A stretch of 64,000 bases of DNA from Saccostrea echinata. Its lineage: Eukaryota. Shown here piece after piece: positions 36,869 through 49,944 of this stretch (position 1 is its first letter; every line of letters starts with the position of its first letter). The position numbers were made by a program, and so were the translations under genes. The notes under the pieces were generated by a model. It did no database searches. It worked only from the letters and a program-made list of their open reading frames with translations, and was not told the DNA's origin. The stretch spans positions 7,254,001 to 7,318,000 of the forward strand of contig NW_026889753.1 in the NCBI RefSeq assembly GCF_033153115.1. Direction: 5' to 3'.

Positions 36869-37919
36869 CGAGGGCCGTTCAAAAATTACGCGGACTCTGC
36901 TATTATTTACTCTTACAGACGTCATATAGAATTGAAACTTCACAGGAACATATTTCTTAAAGATTCCAATAAATTCTTGGTATTTTTTTTATTTTATTTA
37001 ATATCTCATAAAATTATTCCTGTTTTGATACTGCTGATGGTGATGTACGGAGCACGGCAATAATGTTGAAAAACAAACATGCGGTATCAAAAATTTTATT
37101 CATTTATTTTCCATATTTTACGATATTATTCAACAATTTTCTCTAAAATTTCTTTTTTATTGTTGCATTATTAAGTATCTAGATTTCTAACGTAATATTT
37201 GAAGTACTAACAGAAATATTGTAATTTTTCTCTGATGTGACCCCTACAAAATCAACGGCAAAAGTGACGTCTCATGTATTGACGGAGCAGCGCACTTTTA
37301 TCAAATCATGAATCATGCTTGGAAAACGCCAACAGAGACCCAAAATAAGCCTGATGAAACATGTAGTAAACCAGCACATCTCTACAAAATGTAAGAAAGA
37401 ATTTTAGACTGTTAGACCTTAGTCAAAATTGCAATTCTGGAAATATGGATGAAATTCATTGACAAAACACTTATCTGGGCTGTTAAGAATGTGATTGAGA
37501 TCGACTGACCTCAAAGATGACTTCAGAAATATCTGCAGTTTTGAAGTTTAACACAAACTAGAGCACACAATACTAGTTTTATAGTTTTTAAGCTGGATCA
37601 GAAATGGTATATGGATGTTTATTCTGAGTGGATAAGGTAACCCAATCTATACAGTATCAAATACTAAGGTAAAATATTGAGAAAATGAAAGCTCCCATTT
37701 TGTAAAATGTCCGTGACGTTGAATGCTTTACTGCGCCGTGACTTCATGATATGTCCTGTTAAATCACCTGAAATTGATACAAATTTAAAATATTTTGATA
37801 TGAAATTTTAATGACCATATATGTAAAGATTTTTTATATTATTTGTGACTTTTTGCTTGATTATGTCGTCACATATATTTTCTGTGCAACAAGTCCGCGT
37901 AATTTTTGAACGGCCCTCG
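36869..37919 (+). mobile_element. Internally deleted mariner element with perfect 28-bp TIRs and TA TSD
   Basis: TA|CGAGGGCCGTTCAAAAATTACGCGGACT ... AGTCCGCGTAATTTTTGAACGGCCCTCG|TA; relic transposase N-terminus EQRTFIK../GKTPTET near 37285-37340. Confidence 0.9.
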
Positions 37920-38976
37920 TAATTTGAAGAAACAATGCTTCTTGCATGCAGAAATATTTTAAATATTATCATATTAAATCAATATTTTTATTTTATTATA
38001 TTAAATATACATTAAATATTTAACAAACTTTATGAACCTTGTAAAGTTGCAAACTATGAAATACTTGATGAAGCTATATGCAAAATTTACATGTTAATAT
38101 TTTTATACGAAGGAAGATATAGTAAAATAAGTAGCATTTTAAATTCAGTGTATGCTAGCCTTTAAATATGTCTTCTGATAGCCTTTTATCTTTTAAAAAC
38201 TTTTCCTAATTAATAAAATTCAACGCTGGGGATCCACCTCAAATCTCAACTTAAAAATAGCGAAATCGTTTATCTTATTTGACCTTCAAATTAGTGGAAT
38301 CATAAACGTTTTCCCCATTTAATATCTCACCACAGAGTAATGATACTGTTATTGACATTTAAAGTTTTCCCGGAATTGGTTTATTGTCCATTTTGTCCTT
38401 TCTTAGATAGTTCATGACACCAGAGGCATTTTTTCATCAAGAAATTAGTAATTCATTTCATTGGATGAAAATGAAAATCTGTACGTAAAGTCCCGTTATT
38501 TCTTTTCTGTTCTATCTTATAATGTCATTTATAGATAGATTAGCAGAATTCCCTCATAAACAACAGTTTATCGACCTAACATAATTATTAACATTTATTA
38601 CTTAATTGTTCAGGAAAACCAAAGAAAAATTAAACAAATAGATTATAAATATAATTACAATTTTCACACTTAGACAAACCTTCATAGCAAATTTGATCTG
38701 ATTCTGTTTTTATGCAAGTTTTACAAATTTTCAGTTGATGTTTCCTGCAGCAGTATGCAAACTCTGCTCAACCGAGGACTTACATATAGGTGTTATATGC
38801 ACCACTGGACTAATTTCATCTCCTGACATATTATAGTTATATGTATAATCTTTATATAAAATACTCGTCGGATCTCAGAAAGCACATTTACATTATAAGT
38901 ACTAATCCACACCTTTATAGAAGACCATGATGTTTTCTTTCTTTACAATTCCAAACGTAAGTTTTTTAAAAATTTT

Positions 38977-39118
38977 GATGCTTTCTGCATCAGTATGCTT
39001 ACATATTTGACTTCTTTGCTTTCTGTATTAGTATGCTGACATATTTTTCTTTGCTTTTTTGCATTAGTATGTTAATATATTTGACTTCCATGCTTTCTGC
39101 ATTGGTATGCTCGTATTT
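38977..39118. repeat. ~35-38-bp minisatellite, 4 copies
   Basis: tgctttctgcatcagtatgc..acatatttgacttc recurring. Confidence 0.75.
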
Positions 39119-39289
39119 AACTATTTGTAGAAAGCGGATCGAGGTTCAAGTGGCTACTAAAAAGTCCTGAAGAACTTTTAACTTCTGACAATTCAAACCT
39201 ACTGCTTCGGCTTAAAGTTTACTTTCAACTTGGTTGAAAAGAGCGGAATAAAAATATCCAAGTAATACTAGATAGCTCTCTAACGAGGG

Positions 39290-39410
39290 TGATATCTCGT
39301 TCCTACCTCTATCGTTCTTAGGTTTGGAGGTCCGTGTTTTTGCCCTGTTCATTTAGTGTTTTTACAGGATTTATAAAATTGATCACAATTTGTTATCTTT
39401 ACCTCTTTCC
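39290..39410 (+). mobile_element. Penelope-like extreme 3' remnant
   Basis: ggaggtccgtgtttttgccctgttc...ttgatcacaatttgttatctttacc. Confidence 0.55.
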
Positions 39411-39888
39411 TTTTAAAAGTCTAAAATGTTCTTGGTATCTTTTCGTCGAATTTCAGTATATCAGAATAAAATTTCTCTTTTCTGAACTAAGAACGTAAAT
39501 GTTATATTTATTACGAATCAGCAAACCTTTTATATGCTTCCGCCATTCGTCAAAAGAGACAGAAAAATCAAAAGAAAATCATAAAATATGTTTTAATGTT
39601 CACCAAAAGCAATGCATATACATGTAAATGAACTGTAGGTTTATCCTTGATCATTAGACAAAATGTCATGGGTGAATCAGAGTTCAACTACAGTTCTTTT
39701 CCCAACTCGTTGAACACTATTTTGTTGCGAAAGCGTTAACATCTTCATAATGCAGCATAGCTTATTTTGGTCACCGCGTCTTCCATACAGTACAAAGACT
39801 GAACTTGGAGACATTTTTTCCAATGTTGCGGCCCGTGTATTCTTGCATTGCATTGAGATTGCAGTGCCGGTGTGTCAGCTGCGTCTGT

Positions 39889-40055
39889 TCAGGTTGCAGA
39901 GTTACAAAGTTTCATAGAACTCTGGATAGAGGGGAAAGACAGCATTTTTGCTGCAAATTTCTTCAAAAGTTTGTTAACTTTGGATGCAGTTTGGAATTTC
40001 TCCAAGTCCAATTCATCAGGGGAAATCCACGCTGAATCTTTCTCGAGGAAATACC
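39889..40055 (-). CDS. Ankyrin-repeat protein gene, terminal coding exon (total 223 aa)
   Basis: TTATAG|GG in phase 1; GYFLEKDSAWISPDELDLEKFQTASKVNKLLKKFAAKMLSFPSIQSSMKLCNSAT then TGA. Confidence 0.75.
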
Positions 40056-40178
40056 CTATAAATATAATGACATGTTAATTAAGAGACAACTTACATTATA
40101 CTTTAACAAATTTTTGACTTCAACAAATTCATACCATTCTATGTATGATATTTAACCGAACAAAAAAATGTTACTTAC

Positions 40179-40490
40179 CACATTTCATAAGCTTCTTTAC
40201 TGTCTTCAAACAATCATTATTGCCTCCATTGGCAATCAAGAATAATGCTGATTGACCAAGTCCATCAACAATATTAACATTGCTGCCTTGTTTCATGAGA
40301 TACTGGGCAATCCTGAATTTTCCCTCTTGAAGCGCTAGGAGGAGAGGAGTTTTCCCAGACTCATCAATGCAATCAACATTGGCTCCTGCTTTGATGAGAA
40401 ACTTCACCATTTCGAGATCATCTAATCCCACGGCTGTTGTCAAAGCTGAGGTTGCAGAATCTAAACTTTTGAGATTGATGTCACAAACAT
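40179..40490 (-). CDS. Ankyrin-repeat protein gene, coding exon 2
   Basis: TTTTAG| ...SALTTAVGLDDLEMVKFLIKAGANVDCIDESGKTPLLLALQEGKFRIAQYLMKQGSNVNIVDGLGQSALFLIA...KKLMKC G|GTAAGT; 312 nt, phase 1-1; about 3 ankyrin repeats. Confidence 0.9.
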
Positions 40491-40601
40491 CTAAAAAAAA
40501 AACCCAGCCAAATTTAGATTAACCCTTTATTGAGTTCAAAATTTTTAATAAAATAATAATTTTACCTGGTTGTATTAAAAATGAGTAGAAAAATAACGTA
40601 C

Positions 40602-40794
40602 CACTCTCCAAAAGTACTTCGAGAGTATCATAATCTCCATTAACAACTGGAACAAAGATAAGAGGTTCCCCATTCCCATCAAAGACATTTGGATTTGTTC
40701 CTGCTTTCAGTAGCTTTCTGATAACGTTTACATGCCCCTGGTGAACAGAGTTGAAAAGCAGGACAGATTGAGCTCGAGCTTTATCACATTCCAT
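40602..40794 (-). CDS. Ankyrin-repeat protein gene, coding exon 1
   Basis: MECDKARAQSVLLFNSVHQGHVNVIRKLLKAGTNPNVFDGNGEPLIFVPVVNGDYDTLEVLLES, ankyrin consensus; donor G|GTACGT, phase 1. Confidence 0.88.
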
Positions 40795-40917
40795 TTTGAT
40801 AAATTCAAATTTCCAATATAAAGATTGACAGATGTATCAAGATTTGTCCTCTGCAAAGGAGCACTTCTTTCTCTGAAGAGATGTAAGAAAGATATGTTGA
40901 TAATCAAGACAATTCTT

Positions 40918-40928
40918 CTATTTATATA
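40918..40928 (-). promoter_or_regulatory. Possible TATA box of the ankyrin gene
   Basis: TATATAAATAG ~125 nt upstream of the ATG; an acceptor-like TTTGCAG near 40851 offers an alternative upstream non-coding exon. Confidence 0.25.
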
Positions 40929-43129
40929 TTATCAAAAGATGGCAATTAATATTTATGAGACACAAGCACCGCCTATTTTAATTTGATGTGCACAATTCCA
41001 GCTAAATGAGAGACGCTATACGAAGTGTAAACCATTGTCCTGGTCGGCGGGGACCACAAAATAAATCAGCAGTTGATGGCATGAAAGAAACAAGCATATG
41101 ATTAAATTTCCACCTTGAGGTTGAATTCGTTATGTATGAATTTTCAATCAGACATTGTCGGCAATCTTAACTATGGGAGACTGATCACTCGGTATAGATC
41201 TTTATTGTCATACATATGAACAAATATCTCTAGCTCAAAATCATATTGATTCTATAGGTAAAAAGTAACAGTTTGGGAAAAGTTCTTTTCATCTTTAAAT
41301 TCGGAATAATATTCAGTAAATTCAGAGTTTATTGCAAAAGTATGACTTTGTAAAACGTTTTAGGTTTGCTTTTTTGTTTTCTTTGAAAGAAAGCTCTTGC
41401 ATATCTCTATCTGAATCAATATCTCACATCAATAATCAACCATCTCAATCCCTCTCAAGTCCCTGTGCTTTATAACGGTATTAATGAGTATAGATATGAA
41501 GTTAGTATGGAACTATATTACTGATCATAACAATTATATTCATGCCAGTTATATAAAACTTAGTTTCTGTTTATCAATGATATGAATGAGATATGAATCT
41601 AAGATTTTAATAATGAGTCTAATCTTGTAGATGTTCATCAGCTTACTCCCTTTACTTTCTTCGTTTTTTAATCAATTTCCTGTAAATTTCAAATAGTTTT
41701 TTTTAATCTGATAATTCAAATAATTTCTAGAAGCTAAATGAATTTTATTTTTTTTAAACTAAAAAGGTCAACTATCTTCTGTGAGAATGACAGTTATTTA
41801 TAGATCGATTTTATTGTTTGAATTTCATACACAGACCACGATCACGGTGTAATGCTGTTTAAGCGCATTGTCTATCGATCATCAGATCAATACCAAAGGC
41901 CCAATTTCCTCATTACAGAGACTTGTTAACATGGAAAGAATCCCATCCATCGTCATCTTAAATCACAAATGTCGATTTTAACATGCATCGTGCTTAACAT
42001 CCTGGTATGAAATATTGAAAACAATGTCACTCAGGACTGTTTGCTTACATTATGCCAATATTATAGGTACAAACTAAATAAATTTTTTTTGGCTTATTTA
42101 TCTGTGTTTCGTATATTCATTGAAAATAACGATTCATGTTTTAATGTTAATCATTGTAAAATAATTTCGATAGTTAAAATAGCGTTTTTTTTTCAAGTTA
42201 TCTAATAATTTTCAAAACTTCACGGGCTGAGTAAAATTTTTCTCTATCAGAAAACTGACCATAAAAATCGTGGAAACAATAGTTTTTTTAAAACCGATAT
42301 TTGGAATTTATTAGTAAAATTCAGTCAGGAAATGAAATGTTCGGGTAAACTTTTACTAAACATTCTTTTAAATCTTCTAGTATTGATGTGAATGTCAATG
42401 CAGCTCTAACCAATTTCTCCGTTTCTGTGTTAAAATTTGATCACCGGAAGTGCGATGAAATTTTTGCATTGACAAAATATCTGTTTTTTCGTCATTGTAT
42501 TTCTTTGAAGCATTTTCAAAGAAAAATAGGGTTGTTTTATACACATTCTTCAATCATAAATTGACAAGCTAGTCGAGAAGTTACCGAAATTTCTGATCGA
42601 ACGTTCTTTACAAACCAAAAGGTGTGGCGACCATCAATATGCATTATTGTTTCCTGAATCTTTCCTTGGAAACAAAGAAAGACTAAGACAATTGAGACTT
42701 GCCTTTAATGAGACATTGATTAAGTATTGCACAATGCTGAGCTGTGGTTTACTTTGTAAACAGTTCATTAAAATGGCCCTACATACCTTAGCGAGGGTGT
42801 GTATCGGAAGAGTATTGATCAGATATAGTCAAGGTTTTGATTGATAGAGCATTTTCCTTCGTAATTATAGTGGAAGATGGATTTATAAAAAAAATTAATA
42901 AGAACATTGTTTATAGTTTTAACATAGCATAAAAGGCATTTACAGCATGTATTAAGTGAAATTGGATAATCCATCAAATAGCTTAAGTTATGTGTCTGTA
43001 AATAATGTTAATATACATTTCAAATAATAATTTATCTTCATCCACACGAATTATTATTTTTAAAATCTAATATTAGAATATAACATTATTCTTTTCGTAA
43101 ATACACATACATGAAAAAAAAGTTTATCA

Positions 43130-43345
43130 ATCGACGACCTTCAGATAGAGGGGTAGATAAAACGTCGTCAACAGATCTAATTGTTGAATTGATGGTAACA
43201 GCAAGAGACTTCTTTCCATGTAGAATTTTTTTAGTAAAAAATAAATTCTGTTTCACGAGAGCACAAAAAGCAAAATCTGCTTATAAATGGGAACAATAAT
43301 GTGAATTCCAACAAAGTGTTGGAAGACCCTGTCTCCAAAGGCTAC
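43130..43345 (-). mobile_element. Highly decayed Penelope-like RT core fragment
   Basis: FGDRVFQHFVGI resembles FGxxVFQQSVGIPMG; aligns loosely with 45940-46120. Confidence 0.55.
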
Positions 43346-43945
43346 TTTTAAATATAGATGATTATTAACATTAATAATTGTTGAAGTATTAAATAACATT
43401 AAAGGCTAAGTATTAAATAATTTAAAAACAAACAAACAAAACAACCTTAAATATATGTTAAGGACACGTTCTTAAAAACTATATAATTTTACACAAGAAT
43501 TTATGATTGAAATATTGCTACTTAGAGATGTTTCCTCAAAACAATTTGGAGCACATCTATGCAAGATTCTGGAGGATGGCATTTTCTATATAATCCTATA
43601 CCGGAAATCACGTAAACTGCTGATATCGCGATTTTTGGTTTATATATTTTTTAGACATGTTAGAAGTAGTTTAGAAATCAAAAGATAATACTTATAAAGA
43701 TCTTTGGCATAATACAAAGAAATGCAAAAACAGATATTCAATCTATCAAACTTTAAAACCTTAAGTTGAACTTATTTTTGGACAGAATTTACACCCAAAA
43801 ACTTAAAATTGCTTATCCTAGTTGAAACAGTCTGTAGATGCTGAAATAATGATAAATAATATTTATCCAAAAATGATTTTAATATTTGAGCAATTCCATT
43901 GTAAAGAAACATACTTTTAACTTCTTCATTTAGTTTCTGTCATTC

Positions 43946-43976
<31 letters not shown>
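43946..43976. repeat. (GATA)n microsatellite
   Basis: About 7 units. Confidence 0.9.
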
Positions 43977-45267
43977 TTAGAAAATACGAATAAAATCATA
44001 GTGCGATAAAAAAAAAAATCTAAACGTCTTGTAATTAAGCTCATATAATGTGAATTATTTTAAGTAAATTTGGAACGTGTTTGAATCCCATAAAGGAAGT
44101 ATGAAATAAATCATAATTTGTGAATGCCCTTACACATTACTGTAGAAATATAGATTATGTTGCATAATTTTGTCATGAAGCTGGTTAAAAGCGCATTGTC
44201 ATGCTCAAATATAGAACCTTATCTACTTAATCTTCTCATCTAAGTTTTGCATTTATTCACATGCCTCACTGACTTCATGTCGTCTTTACAGATCACGTCT
44301 GTCATTTATTTTTTATTTTATTTTTTTTTAAATTTTAAACCTGGAAGCTTACAGTCATGACATTTATATGATTGAGTGCTAAATTGCTAGCAGTTTTCAA
44401 TCATGAAACGGTCTATTATAAATAGGAAGTTATATATTGATATTTACATCAACTTATGAAAACCACCTCTTTCATTAATCAGTAAACGCCAGTAAACTAG
44501 TTAGAACCGGTTTTTAACCCACCTTTATAAATAATATATATATACGTGTGGTGGATAATAACCTTGAAATAAACCTATGCTTTATCAACGACTGTGCTTT
44601 ATCAATAGCACGTCCGGTTTGGATACAACCTTCCCCTCAGGATGTAAATTTATTGAAATTTGTATTTGTGAAAGTTCTTGCGTTATCAAATGAATGCTTA
44701 TGAGCAAAAATGTCCGTTATAAACAAGAAAAGACTTATATGTCGTTTTATTTCTATATTTTTTACTGGTCACTGCGATAATCCTCCCAATCCTTCTCATA
44801 TAAAAACGTTAAGTCTAGCATTAAAGTTGTTGGTGCAAGATTCATTTGACCATGCAGGAGAATCTAGTCACTTTCAACAATACTTTCTTACATTATACTA
44901 TATAACTTATCATGGATCTACAAGTAGCTTAGCACTGTCGCCGTACACAGAATGATTTCAGAGTAAGATTCATAATTCCTCGGTCTTTACAACACTGTAC
45001 AACTTCCAGTCAAAAGTTTGTATTAAAATAAATCTCAAACAGGTTGCCACATTTGTTTTAAAAGACACAACAGATATAATTCCAAAATTCCATATTTTGT
45101 ATCTACAGATAACTTTTTAGGGATATAAACGTCAACAGTGCGACGTCATCAATTTACTCGTCCTCGATTTGGGTAGAATTTCTCAAAGTTTTTTTTAAAG
45201 GAAAAAAGTATGAGATAAATAGAACATTTATGAGTGTGTGATTTGATATTTGCTTTATGAAATATGT

Positions 45268-47475
45268 GGAGATATCGAACATTACTCGAGCTCAAAAGTC
45301 CAATAAACATTACAAAATAGGAACAGAGCAAACACGGACCTCTAAGACATCAGAGGTGGGATCAGGTGCCATGGAGGAATGAGCATCCCCGCTGACCGGT
45401 AACACCCACCGTGTGCTCCTTGTCATGATCGGGGAATAACGAAAAAATCCATCGACAATTCAGTGTGTAAATAATGGCCTATTAATTAGTATGAAAACGT
45501 CAGTCAGCATTTGACTTAGTGAAAGACTGTATTGCTAACAAGGTCATTGTATCGACCATAGAACTTACGAAATGATGACTTTAAACGGGACTGATGATAT
45601 TCTTGTGTCATCAATTTGTTTGTCAATAACTTACCTTGTTTTAGAAATTGTTCATACGTAGAGCATGCTCTAGCGTATCGAATCAACTGAGAGATATAAA
45701 CCCCGTATGCAGGCGATAAGGGTATATTGCTCCATAATTAAGGGAAGTTGACGATTGAAAAGTTAAAGTCATCACGTTTATCATGAAGCTTTGTTGTTAG
45801 ATTACCATCTATGTTTTTTTTCTAATAAAATATCCAAATATGAAACAGATGTCAGACTCTGTGGTATCTTTTATCTCAAGCTCATCGGGATATATCGTGT
45901 CGACATAAGAATGGAAATTACCATTGTTAATTGACAGTACGTCGTAGATATATCTAAATGTCGAGTTGAAGGCCACAGCAGGTTTTTCTTCTCTTCACGT
46001 AAAAGATTTTGAACAAATTCTGCTTCATATGAATACAAAAATAGGTTTACTAATAACGGGGCGCAATTGGTACCCATGGGAATTCCGATAGATTGTTGGA
46101 ACATCTGTTCTCCAAAAACCACATAGATATTGTCAATCAGAAACTCGAGCATCTTTTTAATGTCAACTTCAGAGTACTTGTGTGTATAATCAGATTGTTT
46201 TTTACCAAAGTAATTTTGCAAATGACCAATGACAAGGTAAGTAAATTTACGAGTTCCATTTTTATTGAAAAAGCAGCTGTCAACGATGTCAGAAAGTCTG
46301 GACTTTAATTTATCGTGGGGAATAATTGTATATAAAGTTGAAAAGTCGTAAGTTTTTATGTTGTTGATTTTAATAAAATTCTGTTCCAGATGTTCCTTGG
46401 AATTTTTTAGTATCCACATCTGATTTACAACACTTCTCGAATATATTGTTGCACAGTACTCTTGAAGTTTATCCTTCACTACTGTTAATATCTTAGTGAG
46501 CACTAAAGAAAGAGGCTTGGTAGAACATTTACTGGAACCTGCTATGTATCTTTGTTTGTAAGGATTTTTATGAAGTTTCGGAATCCAATATAGATATGGT
46601 AATTCAAATTCATTTTGAATGTTGGAAATATAAAAAAATATTCAAAACTGACATATGATTTTGAAGAATTTCCTCCTTAGAAAGGGAGCTATTGGTATAA
46701 GTTGGAATACCACTTGAATTTGCAATATCCATAATCACAGATCCGAGCCTGTATTCTGGTGTCGAATAATCAACAAATGCACTTTCCTTGACCTTTTCAA
46801 GTAGACTATTCAAAAGTTTTAAAATAAAGTTTGGTGCGAATGTGATGAAGACCTAACTGTTATTATAAGGTAGTAAAGAATCATAAGAGATATCGTGTAT
46901 TAAAAGTTTATTATAAGACGGATGCCCATGACTACGTTTACGTCTCTGTGTATCGTTCAAAAGTCCCATCACATTGGCATTGTTACACTGTAGACTGGAA
47001 AGATTCCATACACTATCGACATTGTCATTGCATCCATTGCGTCCCTAGTTTTCTAATCAAAAATTCTTCTCGTTGTCTACGGAAAGGTGTACTCAGTGAT
47101 GGACTGTTTGTATGATGGTAAATCTTTTCTAGCATTCTAACTTCCATTGATAAAATTGAATAATCAGGTAAATTAAAGTGCTTGTACAGAAGCTGCTGGC
47201 CCCCGATGTTTATTTGAAATCTGTTATCCGATATTCTTTAATGAAGTGAACCCTTGGTTTCACCAACATAAATAAGTCCACAAAGATTATATTCTATTCC
47301 ATAGACAACATTAGAAGATTTGCAGTTCAGATTTTCCCAAGTTTTGGTATAGAAGCTCTGTCCAGTAAGACTACTAGTGAAAGTAGTGTTAGTTATCAAA
47401 ATGTCACAGGTTTTACAGTTTTTCGCAGAACATTTTGAAATAGCTCGGCAAGCCTCGCGAATATACACCATTTCA
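45268..47475 (-). mobile_element. Penelope-like retroelement with N-terminal GIY-YIG endonuclease and C-terminal RT (Naiad-type); defective
   Basis: ORF 47238..47471 has CxxxxCxxC and NVVYGIEYNLCGLIYVGETK (GIY-YIG); ORF 45871..46503 has KTYDFSTLYTIIPH and QQSIGIPMGTNCAPLL; RYIYDVL follows a frameshift; conserved 3' terminus at 45268-45440. Confidence 0.9.
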
Positions 47476-47533
47476 ACGCGTTGGATAAAGCAAACATCAA
47501 ATCACACAATATAGCCCCCCCCCTTTCTCTCTC

Positions 47534-47537
<4 letters not shown>

Positions 47538-47613
<76 letters not shown>
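47538..47613. repeat. (TA)n microsatellite next to the Naiad 5' end
   Basis: About 38 TA units. Confidence 0.95.
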
Positions 47614-47614
<1 letters not shown>

Positions 47615-49944
47615 CAATAGCTGAACCTATAATACTAACAAAGAAAGCATTTTATTGTTGAACTGAATTTGTCTGTGATGTGATGATTCTCATTTCTTTA
47701 ACGATGTTTCTACTTTACTGCTAATTTTGATTAATTTTTAATGTATTATAAATAATGCACTTTTCAATTTAGACATAAATGCTGCATCTGTAAATCATAA
47801 AAATCATGTGTTCTGGCATTTCGATAGATTATGTGTTGACGTAAACAATTTGAATGCATGAGATTTTGAAGGTATTTATCTCTGAGAACTTTTTTAAAAC
47901 TTGTTTTTTTTGTTGACATTACATAATTGCATAGTTTAAACTGATCTACCGTAATATGTTTTGCTCACGTGATTATAGGTGAATCTCGTGCAGTAATTGA
48001 CATCGGTACATGACGTGTGTATGACACAATGGAAGGGCACAGTGGTAACGAGATAATCATAACAACACTAACCGCTTTGTTTTCCAGCAGTTCACGATAA
48101 ATGATTCATAAGAATTAACTAGATTTTCTCTTTGATGTAATCAACACTGTGCAAAATATGGTTTTTAGATTTAGGATAATTCTATCAGATTGAAAGTTAA
48201 TTGTTCACAATAGAAAGATGACATTTCCATTGATATAACCAAATTCATAAAACACCTTTAAGCACATAAGATTCCATAACCATTGTAAACGAATAACTTA
48301 ACAACTATTTAGTTGATTCATTTTGAATTTGTTATACTGAAATATTCTCAATCAGGTTATACTTGTACTTGTAACACCAAGAAATGTGGTGTCATAGATA
48401 AAGTTATTTTGATAAAACCGATTAAAGTTTTGATAACTACAATCTACGAATATCAATCAGTTTAGTCTTTTTCTATTTAATCTTACTGAAAATTGATATC
48501 ATATTCCTTGAACTCGATGTAAATATTCACCCAGCATTGAGTTTCTTCAATTTGAATTGTTTTTGAATTTATGTATTATTTCTTTATACAGATTCATTAT
48601 TTCTATGCTATATTTACCAATTCAACTAGAATTTTTTTCTATTCTATATTTCTGTCAAGGCATTAGTTGTGTACACTTTGTTTTCGTCGTTTTGTTGTAC
48701 AACTTTTAATAATTTAAACTTTTATAACTGTAATAAGTGCCTTAGAACTTCTCATTTGTAAAGGTTTTGAGGACCATCAGATGTTTACATTTTTTCCAAG
48801 CTTAACATCTGTTGTCCAATTTTAATGTAAATTGAGCTGAGATCATTAGTAAAGTGATGTGTACACAGGACACGATTTGTGAAAAATTCTTGTTTTAAAT
48901 AAGTAATTCCCAAGCTTTAATCAGGTTAATTAGGTAGTTGAAACTGTTACTGACGTTAGACATGGATTATATGAGTAAAGTACAATGTGTATAAATCTTA
49001 AAGGTCATTTTATGAATAACTGTCAAAATTTCGTGCAGTAATTGGATCTCAGATTCATGCAATCAACTGAAGGCTTCAAGGATAAACTTCCATTAAATTT
49101 GCATGAATTTACACTACCAAATCATTCGAAAGCGCTAGCGTTTTGACCTATGTTGTCTTTTTTTAAATTTGATTTTACTTATATGAATACCGGACAAATT
49201 GGATATGTAAATATATTTCAATCAATGAAACATACACTCATCGGGTCCTCTCGATCTGGTGGAACAAAACGTAAGGACAAGAAGCAACGGGCAATTGTAA
49301 AAATATCGACGCAGACTGTATTATCTAAAGCTGTTGGCAAGATTGCTATTTTGGTAAATGTAGTAAGTGTCCATAAGATACTAATGCAGATCTTCAGGAG
49401 ATCCGTTTTGTGTGCGAAATTGGTCCTTCATTTGTTTATAGGGATCAAAAGGGAATCTCGAGTGCACACATCGGTAAAATTCATGCATTTGTGTTGGACC
49501 GATCCAACTTTTTTAGTGGAGATGAAACATGACGTTGCATTCGGCACTTTGATCTGTGCACAGTAAGGCGATACCAAGTATAACAGTTTTGGAGGATATA
49601 TCCATTTGTAAATTGCTATTATATATATTAAGGAAAAATATATTTTTAAAAAAAGTTGAGAAAATTTCGACAAAATGTTGAATTTTTCTACTCTAGATAA
49701 CCTGTCCTCGATTTTACCGGACAAAACTTGTATATACCAGGTACAATATTAATTATGCATTAATTTGTAACTCCAACCCAAAAGCTACATAAAAGATTTA
49801 TATGAAACGGGCAAAAGGCTTAAAAATGTTCTTCGAGGTTCAAGTTGAAAGATAACTGACCAGAAGGAACTTTAAGAGGTAATGTACAGAAACCCTTCTA
49901 AAATGCAATGAATACTGGTTTAACACAAACATGTACAATATATA

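Noticed and set aside
39805-40078. + strand ORFs 39805..40035 and 39872..40078
   Set aside because: Antisense to the ankyrin gene's last exon.
45268-47475. Selenoprotein-type Naiad (in-frame TGA + SECIS), or a hammerhead/HDV ribozyme at the 3' end
   Set aside because: The lesions I traced are frameshifts and TAA stops, not TGA at Cys sites. No CTGAnGA..GAAA core. The CTCCTCC loop recalls HDV L3, but no P2 3' strand or J4/2 catalytic C could be placed.
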